Of a stretch of DNA of 64,000 bases, positions 51,605 through 64,000 are shown piece after piece. How positions within the stretch are numbered: position 1 is the first letter of the stretch; each line of letters opens with the position of its first letter. The stretch spans positions 19,654,001 to 19,718,000 of the forward strand of contig NC_073385.1 of assembly GCF_028641065.1 (NCBI RefSeq), in the 5' to 3' direction. Both the position numbers and the translations under genes were made by a program. The notes beneath the pieces are model-generated. The model was not told where the DNA came from, did not search any database, and was given only the letters and a program-made list of their open reading frames with translations. This DNA comes from Leucoraja erinacea. Taxonomy: Eukaryota.

Positions 51605-53247
51605 TATATATTGTATCTATAGTATTTCTACTATACATGTTTATAATGGAGCCGCCCACAGAGTACAGATACAGGCTATAGGGAATAATCAGGGTGGGAC
51701 AAGTTTTTGAATATGGTGGCTGCTTTTCTGAGGCAGAGTGAAGTGTAAGTGGAGACAGTGGTGGGGAGTCTGGTCTGTGTGATGGACTGGGTTACGTCCA
51801 AAACTGTCTGCAATTCCTTATGGTCGTGGGATGAACTTGTTCCCAAACCAAGCTGTGATTTTTCCCGACAGGATTCTTTCCATGGAGCATCTATGGAAAT
51901 TGGTCAAAGTTGTTGGAGACATACTGAACTTTCTTTGAATGGCCACCGTTGAGTTGATGAGGGGAATGAGTAGGGTGACAACAGAGCATACAATCAGGAA
52001 CATTTAATCAGGTGGACTGTAAAACAAGTCAAAAGAACTAGGATGGGGGAGGGATGGAGAGGGAAGTAAGGGTTTCGTGAAGTTAAAAAAGTCAATATTC
52101 ATACTATGAATATAAGTTGCCCAAGTGAAATATGAGGTGCTGTTCCCCCAATTTGCATTGGTCTTCACTCTGACAATGGAGGAGGCCCAGGATAGAAAGT
52201 TCAGCGTGGGAATGGGAGGGGGAGGTAAAGTGTTTAGCAACCGGGAGATCGGCTAGGGGGAGTTAAATATTCCCATCAATTCCCACACTGACCTTTCAGT
52301 CCTGGGCCTCCTCCATTGTCAGAGTGAGGCCCAGCGCAAATTGGGGGAGCAGCACCTCAGATTTCACTTGGGCAGCTTACACCCCAGCGGTATGAACATT
52401 GACTTCTCTAACTTCAAGGGTCTGAGCTGTAGGGAGAGGTTGGACAAGTTTATTGAAAAAAAATACACAAAATGGGAGAAGTATTTCCGTCGGTTGTTGA
52501 ATTCATTGAAATTTAAAAAATATATTGTAAACTTGTCCAAATTATTTGTTATAATTAGTTGGTAGATTTATAGAATCCATTGGTTTTTGTTCTAATTGTA
52601 GGCTTATGGAATGTATTAATTGTTATAATGTATTGTAGACTTATATAAGTTATTGAATGCTTGTTTATAATGTATTGCACATAGAATGTTTGTGTATCAT
52701 TTATTGAATGAACGAAACGTTACACCTCACATGATGAGTCAGTGCGACCCAAGGTATGCAAAGATGGGCCATGTAAGGTGCACAGACTTATAGAAGTTAT
52801 TGTTGCGTGCTAATCAGTCACCAGAAAGACTATATTATTACAATCGAGCCGTCCACAGAGTGTAGATACACGATAAAGGAATAACATTTAGTGCAAAGTA
52901 AAGCAAGTCAAGTCTGATCAACGATAATCTGAGGGTCCCCAATGACGTAGATAGTAGTTCAACACTGCTCTCCAGTTGTGATAGAATGGTTCAGTTTTCT
53001 GATAACAGCCGGGAAGAAACTCTCCCTAAATCTGGAGGTGTGCGTTTTTACACATTTTGTACCTCTTGCCCGATGGGAGAGGGGAGAAGAGGGGGTGACC
53101 GGGGTGAGACTGGTCCTTGATTATGCTGAGGCAGTGTGAGGTGTAGATGGAGTCGATGGATGGGATGTTGGTTTGAGATGGTCTGGGCTGCGTCCACAAC
53201 TCTCTGCAATAATAACTAACCCCTGTTCTGTCTTTCTCTGTCTGCAG

Positions 53248-55688
53248 ACACGGCGGAGCCAGAGCCGGAGGCAGGTGCCCTGTCCCCGCCGCCAGCACCA
53301 GCGGCCACCGCCGGCCCAGAGGAGCTGCCCTCGCGGCGGCAGCAGCAGCTGGCAGCGGCCGAGCTGGAGGCTGCTTTCCGCGCCGTCTTCGCCAACTACG
53401 AGTCAGCGCGCGTGCATGCCCACTACAAGTGCGTGCGTGGCGGGTGCGCGCTCCCCGTCACGGGAAGTGCGGTCACGGTGACTGCGCCGGGCCGGCGTGG
53501 TGGCGGCGACCGCTTCGTGCACCGCTGGCTGTGGGAGCGGGAACTGACGTACTGCGAGCGCACGGGTGTGTACTGGCTGTTGTACGAGGAGGGCCGCGGC
53601 ATGTACTGCTACCTGTGTCGGCGCCACGACGCCCACAACCGGCAGAACAAGAGCAAGGTGTTCAATGGTACGCCGGCTGTGCGCTACAAGAAGGCAGCGC
53701 TGCAGGCCCACGCCGAGTCGCAGCAGCATGGAGCTGCGGTCCGCGCCGAGCTGTCGGGCCGCCTGTCCGCACGCCAACTGGCCCGGAGCGGACAGCAGGA
53801 AGCGGCCTCGTTGCGCGCCCTTTTCCAGGCCGCCTATTGGCTGGCGAGGGAGGGGCTGCCAACTGCAAAGCTACGCCCCGCGCTGCGGTTGCTAGGCGCC
53901 ACGCCCACGCACTTCCGGCGCGCCGCTACGCTGTGCCGCGTCTTCCGCGCGCTGGGCTGCGCCGTGCACAGGCGCGTGCTGCTGGGCCTCCGGCGTGCCG
54001 CTCACTTCGGGCTGCTGTGCGAGAGGAGCGACGCGGAGGTCGGGGCCGGCGTTGACTCCGCGCTGCTCGGCTTCGTGCAGTACGTGGATCCCGACTCCAA
54101 GGAGGTGACGTGGAGCTTACTCTTCGCCGAGGTAGGCCGCACCAGAGCCTGGGACTCGGGTGAGGAGGTGGCCGGGGCGGTGAGCCGCGCCCTGGGCCGC
54201 GCGGAGCTGGAGGGCAGCCGCCTGGCCTGGCTGGTGGCCGAGCAGGCGGGCGAGGAGGAGCCGGCGGCGCGGCTGCAGGAGGGCTGGCCTGGGCTGCTGG
54301 GGATGGCGTGGCCGGGGCGGCGGCTGCTGCTGGCGGGGACTGGGCGCGGGGGAGCAGGGGCGTGCGGGCCGTTGCTCCGGCTCCAGGCCTGGCTGTACCA
54401 GCTGTGGGAGCTGCTCGAACGTTCGCCCGCCCTGGCCGAGGCTTACCTGGCCGCCCGCATGCCCGGAGCAGAGGCCGAGGTCTCGCCGCCCAGCCGCCTC
54501 CTCCGGCCAGCGCTGCTCCGCCGGCTGCGACGGACCTGCCGCCGGTGCCGCCAGTCGGTCGAGGCGTCGGTGGAGGGTGCGTACGAGGATCTGCCGGCGC
54601 TGCTGCGGGCACTGCGGGCTCAGGGCGGGGTGGAGGCGGCGGCCTGCGGCCTCTGGGCCCAGCTGAGCTCCCCGCGGGCCGCGGGAGGCCTCTACATCCT
54701 GCGGGAGGTGGCGGCGGCGCTTCTCGGCCTGACACGGGCCCTGCGCCGGGCCAGGGGGCTACAGGCGCCGCCCGACGCCGAGCTGCGGATCGCCCTGCAG
54801 CGGCTGCGGGAAGCGGCAGAGTCCGGGGCGCCGCTGAGCCGCCTGCGGGCCGACCTGGAGCCCGGCGGCCGCCTGTCAGCTTGCGGCCTGCCGCCGCTCG
54901 ACGCCCGCGACCAGGCCGAGCTGCGCAGCCTGCTGGACGCCTACACGGCCGGGCTGGCGGCCGAGCTGCGACGCCGCTTCCTCGGGCCTGAGGCCGGGGC
55001 CTCGCCTCTGGCTGCCCTGGCCATCTTCAACCCGCTGCTGGTGCCCGAGCCAGGCTCCCCCGAGGCAGCGGCAGCCCACGGGCAGGCCCAGGTGGCCGCC
55101 CTGGCCTCCCGCTTTCACCCCGGGGAGGCAGGCGCCGAGGCCCGGCTGCAGGCTGAGTGGGCCCGGCTCCAGCCCGAGCTGCGGGCCTGGCGCTCCAGCC
55201 TGCCTGCCTCGGCGCTGGCCGAGCCCGGGCCCACGGCTGTCGAGTGGAGCCTCCGCCGCCTGCTGCGCCTCCGTTCCTACCCGGGGCTGGCGGCTGTGGC
55301 TGAGGCGGCGCTGGCGGCACCCGTGGGCCCGGCGTGGGACGAGCGGGCGGCTGGAGCCTTGCGTAGGGTGGAGGCCCGGCTGAGGGAAGGCCGCTGCCGG
55401 GACGCTGGGCTGCTCGACAGCCTCCTGCACATCAGCGTGAACGGCCCCGAGCTGGGCACGACCGAGTGCTCGCAGTTGCTGGAGGAAGCGGCGCACACGT
55501 TCCTGCAGCAGTGGCGGCCCGGAGCTGGGGCCTCGCCCCAGCACAAGCCCCACCTGGCATCGGTCAAAGCCGAGGAAGTGGCCGAGAGCTCGGAACAAGA
55601 GCTGGAGCAGGAGCTGGAGCAGACGGGGGGAGCTCTGCAGCACCAAGCCGACATTGACAGCGACTCGGAGAACAGTCTATGCGACTAG
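53248..55688 (+). CDS. hAT-transposase-derived exon (ZNF862/C17orf113-like), predicted terminal coding exon of ZBTB25
   Basis: Strong pyrimidine-tract acceptor at 53246-47; uninterrupted frame; TTF-type zinc finger (WL.Y..GMYCYLCRRH..H..S..H); hAT dimerisation-like C-terminus (YPGLAAVAEAALAAPVGPAWDERAAGALRRV..LDSLLHISVNGP). Confidence 0.8.
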
Positions 55689-57687
55689 GCCCCGGGTTTG
55701 GCCCTTCCCTCAGGCTTTACTCTGGGCTGGGAGTCAGGACAGGTCTGGTGGGAGGGAAGGTCAGTTGGATGCTCTAAAGTGGATCAGAATGGTTGTTCAT
55801 CAAGAGAGACACAAGGAACTCCAGTTGCTGGTTTACCCAACAGGAAGGACATAAAGTGGTGCAGTTACTCAGCGGGTCAGGAAGCATCGCTGGAGAACAT
55901 GGGTCAGAAACTTCACCTATTCACGTTCTTCAGAGATCGTTCATTAAAACTGGAACGTGATGGGTTGAGTTTCACAGTATTTTCACAGCCTCACTATTCC
56001 CCTGCAGAGTTGGAACGGGTAGGAACTGAGCTGGTCCACAGAGTTATGGCAGCTCTATCCCAGAGCTGCATTGATTGATTAAAAGATACATCAAGGGAAC
56101 AGGCCACTGAGTCCACGCCGACCATTGATCACCCATCACACTAGTTTTATGCTATTCCACAGTCTCTTCCACTCCTTCACTAGGGGGCAATTGACAGAGG
56201 GCCAATTAGCTTACAAAGCCGCACATCTTTGGGATGCGGGAAGAAGCCGGACCACCCGGAATAAACTCACTTGGCCACAGGGAGAACGTGCAAACTCCAC
56301 ACACAGGCAGCAGCCTAGGTCAGGATCGAACCTGGGTCTCCGGTGTTGGGAGGCAGTGGCTCTACCAGCTGCACCACTGTGCCACCCTATTTCACCGGAA
56401 TCGTAGAAACATTGCGAGAGGTGGTGCAGTGGTAGAGTTGCTGCTATGCAGCGCCGGAGACCCGGGTTCGATCCCGACCACGGGCGCTGTCAGTACGGAG
56501 TTTGCACGTTCTCCCCGTGACTTGCGTGGATTTTCTTCGTGATCTTTGGTTTCCTCCCACACTACAAAGACGTGCAGGTTTGTTGGTTAATTGGCTTAGT
56601 AAATGTAAAAATTGTCCCTAGTGGGTGTAGGATAGTGTTAATGTGCGGGGATCGCTGGTCGGCGGGAGCCCGGTGGGCCGAAGGGCCTATTTCCATGCTG
56701 TATCTCTAAACTAAACCGAAGTGCAGGAAGCAAACTAGTCCCGATCACCATCTCTACTGCTGGAGGGAAGGAGGCTGAGAGGTGACCCATGAAATCTATA
56801 TCATTATGAGGGGGGTAGATACAGTGGTTAGTTTAAAAAACAACCTCCATCTACCCTAGGCCATGGTCAAACCCTTTGCCAGTTGGGGTTGGTATCAGGA
56901 CAGGTATAGACTCAGAACTGATGGGTTTTGGGCATAGGTTTTGCAGGTCTATCCCTGAGCTTAATCTCCTTAAGTAAAAAAGAATGACTTCACCAGAACT
57001 GGAGTGTCACGGGCCATGTTTAAGAGTAACGGCCACAATCCTCCCCACGCACAGGCCACAGCTCCATGGCCAGTGGAAGTGAGCGTTCCCGAGAGCTGGT
57101 GTCTTGAGATAGTGTGACGAGGGGCAAAGTCTTGCACAGTAAAACACAAAGTGCCGGGACAGCACTGGTGCAGCAGTAGAGCTGCCGCCAACCGTGCCAG
57201 ACACCCTGGCTCGATCCTGTGTGTGTGTGTGTTTGCACAATCTCCCTGTGGTTTCACCATGGGTTTCCTCCGGCTGCTCCTGCTTCCTCTCACATCCAAA
57301 GACAGGCCACTTTATGGGTTAATTGGCCTGGCATGCAGGGAGCGGATGAGAAAGTGGGATAACGTAGAACACGTGATCAACGGTCAGTGTGGGCTTGGTG
57401 CTCCAAAGTGCCTGTTTGCATGCTACATTTTTTCAAGCTCTTAAAAAACCGAGTGAGGCAGGCAGCATCTGCAGAGGGAATGGACATGCAATGTTTTGGG
57501 TTGGGGCCCTTCAGTCTAGTGTGGTGGGAGAGTGTGACAGAAGCAAAGCCTTACTCAGGGTTCAATCTTTGTAGCTCATGTCCAGTCACAGGAAACCACG
57601 CATATTGTGTGTTTAGAGTATAAGTGTTCATCATTTTTTTACGCTATCGTGATTTTTAATTTTTAATCTATGTATTTTGAAAGTGAA

Positions 57688-57725
57688 AATAAAAGTTGTT
57701 TTTCTAGAGTTTTAATGTTTTTATT
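57688..57725. terminator. Convergent polyadenylation signals
   Basis: AATAAA on + at 57688-57693 followed by T/GT-rich sequence; AATAAA on - at 57720-57725. Confidence 0.4.
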
Positions 57726-57726
57726 A

Positions 57727-58930
57727 TTACTGCTTTCTGAGGGCAATGTTGTGAGCAGCTGTAAGATGATGTTGCTGCCTGGTGCTTTGGAGACAGTTTA
57801 TTGCAATAGATGAGGTTTGTGTGATGCATTTTGGGGGGGCTGATGGTTTCAACGGGAAGTCTTGCCCCCCCCCGCCCCGTTCTCCAGCTCGGATTCTGGA
57901 AGTTCCCTGCCACCCGCGGATGCTGCCTCCACTGCCCAGCGGGGAAGGCAGGAGGTCACCCGGCAGTGCAAGGCTGCCTTGGAGGTCCATCCCATCCCTC
58001 CTTCTCTCCCTGCCCCAGCTGAGATTCCAGGGCCGCCCCATTTTCCCAGCAGACGGCAGGAGGGTGGGTGAGGAGGTCGCGCCCTGTGGTGCCACCCTCT
58101 GCTCCTTAACTTGGTGGGGCATAACCTTGCCCGGTTTACCCAGGTTGGACCTCATCTCCTGCAGGATGTTTCACTAAACATCTCACCTTCTCCATTCTCT
58201 ACTTTTGCCAATGGAGTTGGTTCTAACTCGAGGAACTCATGCTAGGGTAGGTGATCTAATTCTACTGGGGTAGGACCTCTCCCATCATTGGTCCCTCGGT
58301 CCAAGTGGAGATGGTTTGGTCTCTCCTTGTGAAGGATCCACGTGTCCGGCTGGAGCTCCCTCTCCGGTCTTCCCCGGCCAAGGCGAAACCACCTTTCCTT
58401 AGGATTGGCTACACCTCCCATTTTAGAGCTCCCATTCCCAGTCTGCCCTGTTCTACTTCCCTTGGCTCAGCTGGGACAGTTCTCTCAATGTCCCCTCTCC
58501 ATCTCATGGAGCTCAGCCTGTGAATGTCTTGGTTCACCTGTGTCTCCGTCTCTCAGGAGCAGAGTTACTGAGTGTCCTGGAGGTTCTACACTTTTCTTGG
58601 GTGCGGACTCCGGGTAGGGGAAGGGTCCTGAGGAACACACTGACCCCCGCTCCCTGTCCTTTCCTCTCGCCAGCTCCCACCACCAAAAACTTCCACGTCC
58701 TTCCTAGCAAAGCTTCTCCATTCCTTCTTAGGCACCACCAAGTCTCCGAAAGATGTCCACCATCTGCCCGAAGGCTTCCTCCTCGGCTTGCCCTGCCCAA
58801 GGATCTGCCCTGCACTGGTATTCCGCCCTCCTCCCGTCTCCAGGGCCTCGGCCCCGACTGCCCCCTGGGTGATCCATGCTTGCCTCTCACGCTCAGAGTG
58901 GCAATGTTGTTGAAGCAAGAAACCAATCTT
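57727..58930 (-). pseudogene. Possible decayed AKAP5-like gene
   Basis: WSK-like motif WTSFGDLVVPKK (58724-58759) and PKA-RII-helix-like CITQTSSIAINCLQSTRQQ (57772-57828) in separate ORFs; syntenic position and strand of AKAP5. Confidence 0.35.
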
Positions 58931-60114
58931 CTGTATTAAGTTACGCTACAAAACTGCCCCATTGGGAGCAAGGACAGTCTACCAACTGAAGGGGAGTGGA
59001 GACTCATAGAGACAGCACAGACACAGGCCCTTTGGCCCACGTTTCCCATGCTGACCAAGTTGGCATTCTGGGCTTGTCACATTTACCTGCCCATCTATCT
59101 GTCCAAATGGCTTTTAGAAGTAATTGTAATTGCTTCTAGAACTTCCACTGGCAGCACGTTTCAGATACTGATTACCCTCTGTGTGGAAAAATTAGACACA
59201 AGGAACAGCGGATGCTGGTTTACAAAAACAAAATGCTGGAGTTTAGTGTGTCAGACAGCATCCCTGGAGATTGTGGATAGGTGACATTTCAGGTCAGGCA
59301 CAGTCTGAAGGGTCCTAACCCAAAACGTCACCTATCCTCGTTACAGGAGGAATTATTTAGCCAGTGGGTGGTGAATCTGTGGAATTCATTGCCACAAACA
59401 CCTGTGGAGGCCAAGATATTGGATATTTTTAAAGCAGAGATTGATAGATTCTTAATTTGTACGGGTGCCAAAGTTTATGGGGAGAAGGCAGGAGAATGGG
59501 GTTGAGGGGGAAAGATAGATCAGCCATGATTGAATGGCAGAATCGACTTAATGGCTTAATTCTGCTCATGTCACACAGCTATGTGGCGCCCACGTTGGTT
59601 TTGCATTAAGCCTGTCACCGCCAGCAGCCTCACCAGAAGGTCAATAACAACTCCATGGTCAGACGCACTAATTGCCTGATCTGCACACGGGTTATGATGG
59701 GTGAGAATGTAGGTAAAGGGGGCTTCTGGGATAAATGTGACAAGGTGTCTGGTTCAGCTAAGTGTTGTTTGTTCTTTGCTTTCTGTCGTGGGTTTCAGAA
59801 GATCCTAGTTACGCCAGCACTTTGTGTCTTTTTCTGGGTGGGAAAAGTTGCGCCCAGGGTCCCTCTTAAATCTCTCCCTTAAGTCTCACCTTAAGCCTGT
59901 GCCCTCTAGTTTTAGAATACTCTACCACTGGGGAAAAAGACTGAGCGTTCACTTTATCCATATCCTTCATTATTTCCCTTCCTTTTCCCACTCCTCCCTC
60001 CACTCTACCCCCTCCTCCTTTGTGCTCCCTAGATTGTACCCAGAACAGGGCGTGCTGCTCAGCCCCGAGGCACAAGCACAGCGGTAGAAGGGGTGCAACA
60101 AAAACTGGCGAGAG

Positions 60115-60351
60115 CTAGGAAATCGAGCTTTTATTCTGTTAGAAAACTAGAACATTCAGCCGAGCATTTCCCCCACAAAATACACAGATTGTCAGCTTGT
60201 GAATCAGCAGTTCTGTCAGGGCGGTGGATTGTTGGAATGAAAAGCAATTCCTGGTATCATGCACCATTTGTAATCTTAGCACCGTCACAGGCCGTGAAAT
60301 GTATCCCCATTGTCATCCAGACTGCTGCCAGTCTCTCCAATCTTCTGGACA
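60115..60351 (-). other. MTHFD1: Predicted non-coding terminal exon (3' UTR) of MTHFD1
   Basis: Acceptor ctgtctgtcttgcAG at 60352-53; AATAAA on - at 60130-60135; the upstream coding exon has a donor just after its stop codon. Confidence 0.55.
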
Positions 60352-60674
60352 CTGCAAGACAGACAGAAAATGCAAGTAGTAGACACAAGGCACTGAAAAA
60401 GACAACGTGCAGGACAGTGTAAAAAATCACAAGGGCAAACGCACTCTTGCCCAGAGTAGGGAAAAGGAGCACAAGAGAACTAAGTTTAAGGTGATTTCTT
60501 TTTTTTTACTTGCACACACAAAGACTGTGGAGTAAGTCATTGGGAGAGGCAGCATCTCTGGAGAACATGGATAGGTGACATTTCAGGTCAGGACCCTTCA
60601 GACAGATTGTGGCCGGAGTGAGGGGGAGAAAAGGGGCAGGACAAACCCTGGCAAGTGATAGGTGGGGTACAGGT

Positions 60675-60705
<31 letters not shown>

Positions 60706-61428
60706 GATAGGCAGATGGTTGCATAAAGACTAGAGATGAAGATAATAAGTGTATGATCATTAGGACGGGCGAAATAGGTGCAAGACCAGGTGGGGTGCAG
60801 GGAAGTGGGGGAAAAGGCACGGCAGGGTTTAGTATCTAAAATTAGAGAATTCAATGATCATGCCTTTAGGTTGTAAGCTACCCAAGCGGTGTGTAAGGTG
60901 CTGTTTCTCCAGTTTGCATGTGGTCTAACTCTGGTAATGGAGGCGGCCCAGGACAGAAAGGTTAGTGTGGGAACGGGAATGGCAAGTGGGAGATCCAGCA
61001 GGCCTTGGCAGTCTGTGCGCAAGTCTTTGGTGGAACGGTGGTCGAGTCTTTGCTTAGGCTCGCTGATGCACAGGAGGCCACGTCAGCAACACCAGATGCA
61101 GTAGATGACGATAGAGGAAACACTTCTGTCTCACCTGGTCCCTGGATGGAGACAAGGAAGGAAGTGTAGGGACAGGTGTTACAACTGCAGCAAGTCATGA
61201 GAGGCATAGATAGGGTAGATAGAACTTAGACACCAAATGCTGGAGTATCTCAGCAGGTCAGGCTGCATCTCTGGAGAAAAAGAATAGGTGACGTTTCGGG
61301 TCAGAACCTTCCCCTCCCAAAGAAATGTCAAAGACCAGAAGCTGAAGGGCCTTGATGCTGTGCTGTATTCCTCAATGTTCTTATAGACCTGTGAGGGGGG
61401 TTTGCTTACCTTTCGTCAAGGTGTGTGG

Positions 61429-61623
<195 letters not shown>

Positions 61624-61929
61624 TCAATAAAACTTGTCGCACACATCTCCATGAACCTTGTGACCTTGCTTCATTCTGATTATCATCTCACTGGTGCCTT
61701 CACAACAGTGGCACAGGGGTAGAGTTGCTGCCTTACAGCGCAGACAACGGGTGCTGTCTGTATGGAGTTTGCACGTCCTCCCTGTGACCATGAGGGTTTT
61801 CCCTGGGTGTAGGTTAATTGGCTCTAGTGTATAGGATAGAACTCACGTACAGGGTAATCATTGGTTGGCGTGGACTGGGTGGGGCAAAGGGATGGGTGAT
61901 GTTTCGGGTCGAGACCCTTCTTCAGACTG

Positions 61930-63700
61930 TCCTATCCATGTACCTGTCTAACTGTTTCTTAAATGTTGCAATAGTACCGGCCTCAACTACCTCCTCTGGC
62001 AGCTTGTTCCATACACCCACCAACCTTTGCAAAAAAGTTACTCAGATTCCTATTACATCTTTTCCCCTTCACCTTGAACCTATGTCCTCTGGTCCTCGAT
62101 TCCCCTACTCTGGGCGCCAGACTCCGCATCTACCCCATCTATTCCTCTCATGATTTTGTACACACTTCTATAAGATCACCCCTCATCCACCTGCACTCCA
62201 AGGAATAGAGTCCCAGCCTACTCAACCTCTCCCTGTAGCTCACACCCTCTAGTCCTGGCAACATCCTCGTAAATCTTTTCTGAACCAGAACTGAACACAA
62301 TATTCTAAATGCGATCTCACCAACGTCTTATACAACTGCAACGTGACCTCCCAACTTCTATACCCAATACTCTGACTGATGGAGGCCAATGGGCCAAAAG
62401 CCTTTATGACCACCTTATCTACCTGCAATTCGACCTTCAAGGAACCATCCACCTGTACTCCTAGATCCCTCTGCTCCACAACATTACCCAGAGGCCTACC
62501 ATTTACTGTGTAGGTCCTGCCCTTGTTAGATGTCCCAAAATGCAACACCTCACACTTCTCTGTATTAAATTCCATCAACCATTCCTCAGCCCACCTGACC
62601 AATCGATCCAGATCCTGCTGCAATCGTTCACAACCATTTTCACTATCTGCAAAACCACTCACTTTTGTATCATCAGCAAACTTGCCAATGTTGCCCTGTG
62701 TGTTCTCATCCAAATCATTGATGTTGGTGACAAACAGTAAAGGGGCCCAGCACTGAACCCCGAGGTACATCACTAATCACAGGCCTCTAGTCCGAGTAGC
62801 AACCTTCTACCATTTCCCTCTGCTTCTTCCCTGAAGCCAATTTTCAATCCATTCAGCTATCTCTCTTTGGATCCAATGTGATCTAACCTTTTAGAGCAGC
62901 CTACCTTGTCAAAACTAAACTAAACTTCCAACCATGGTTAGACACACAATGCTGGAGTAACTCAGCGGGACAGACAATAGAGAATAGGTGCAGGAGTAGG
63001 CCATCACCGAGCCAGCACCGCCATTCAATGTGATCATGGTTGATCATCCACAATCAGTACCCCGTTCCTGCCTTCTCCGCATATCCCCTGACTCCGCTAT
63101 CTTTAGGAGCTCCATCCAACATGTCATTTGCTTTCTTCACTGCCTGCTTTACCTGCAAGTTTACTTTCAGTGACTGATGGACAAGGCCCCCCAGGTCCGT
63201 TGTACTTCCCCTTTTCCCAACTTGACACCATTCAGATAATAATCTGCCTTCCTGTTTTTGCCACCAGTGGATAACCTCACATTTATCCACATTAAACTGC
63301 ATCTGCCATGCATAAGCCCACTCCCCCAACCTGTCCAAGTCACCCTGCATCCTCATAGCATCCTCCTCACAGTTCACACTGCCACCCAGCTTTGTGTCAT
63401 CTGCAAATTTGCTAATGTTACTTTTAATCCCTTCATCTAAATCATTAATGTATATTGTAAATAGCTGCGGTCCCAGCACCGTTCCATGCGGTACCCCACC
63501 AGTCACTGCCTGCCATTCTGAAAGGGACCCGTTAATGCCTACTCTTTGTTTACTGTCTGCAAACCAATTTTCTATCCATGTCAGCACTCTACCCCCAATA
63601 TCATGTGTTCTAATTTGTCCCACTAATCTCGTATGTGGGACCTTATCAAATGCTTTCTGTAGTCCAGGCAGACTACATCCACTGGTTCTCCCTTGTCCAT
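61930..63700 (-). mobile_element. Two CR1 LINE RT fragments in an MTHFD1 intron
   Basis: ORFs 62249-62773 and 63054-63623, both with INDLDE..KFADDTK. Confidence 0.88.
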
Positions 63701-64000
63701 TTTCCCAGGCAGCATCTCTGGATAGAAAGAATAGGTGACGTTTCGGGTCAAGACCCTTCTTCAGACTGAGAGTCAGGAGAGAGGGAGACTAGAGATTTAG
63801 AAGGGTGAGGTGTGAAAACGACAGATCAAAGCAGATGATGATAAGGAAATGTAGACTGGTTCATTGTTAGCTGAGGGGAAGGTGACAATGGCATACAACC
63901 AGTAATATTTAATCAGGAGGACCATGGTTATGTAACTGGATGAAATGCAGAGACACCAAATGAAGCCAGGTATTGAATACAAACATCACTCAAAGCCAGC

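Noticed and set aside
53429-55657. Long overlapping and antisense ORFs over GC-rich exons (also over HSP70 and ZBTB1)
   Set aside because: Expected shadows of high-GC codon usage; no recognisable domains.
53412-55688. Stand-alone active hAT transposon
   Set aside because: The ORF 'start' is GTG, there is no suitable ATG, no TIRs or TSD were seen, and catalytic motifs are degenerate.
56418-56715. tRNA-like A/B boxes (also near 3200, 39420, 46640)
   Set aside because: Heads of tRNA-derived SINEs with shared downstream bodies, not complete tRNA genes.
60093-60472. Short ORFs on both strands
   Set aside because: They overlap the predicted MTHFD1 3' UTR exon and its intron; no homology recognised.

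Overview
Vertebrate genomic DNA, probably from a cartilaginous fish (inferred from dense CR1/HER1-type LINEs, tRNA-derived SINEs and Penelope-like elements). The gene order reproduces the human 14q23 block: PPP1R36-like (-, first two coding exons), a cytosolic EEVD-type HSP70 that is HSPA2 by synteny (-, two coding exons, 641 aa), ZBTB1 (-), ZBTB25 (+, head-to-head with ZBTB1), a probable decayed AKAP5 (-) and the last exons of MTHFD1 (-). The main finding is that ZBTB25 breaks off halfway through its second C2H2 finger at a consensus splice donor (50067/50068). It can splice in frame to a 2.4-kb exon (53248-55688) that has no start codon of its own and encodes an intact hAT-transposase-like protein (ZNF862/C17orf113 type) with degenerate catalytic motifs. 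This predicts an 1146-aa BTB-ZnF-transposase host fusion. Other notable items: an intron-containing HSPA2 whose promoter shows CCAAT, ERSE and RFX motifs but no visible HSE; a palindromic THAP-bearing ISL2EU-like element hosting a tandem Helitron array; 32-34 bp micro-transposons with target-site duplications; and many hammerhead-ribozyme-like cores in Penelope-derived repeats. Gene names come from recalled sequence similarity plus synteny; no database search was run.
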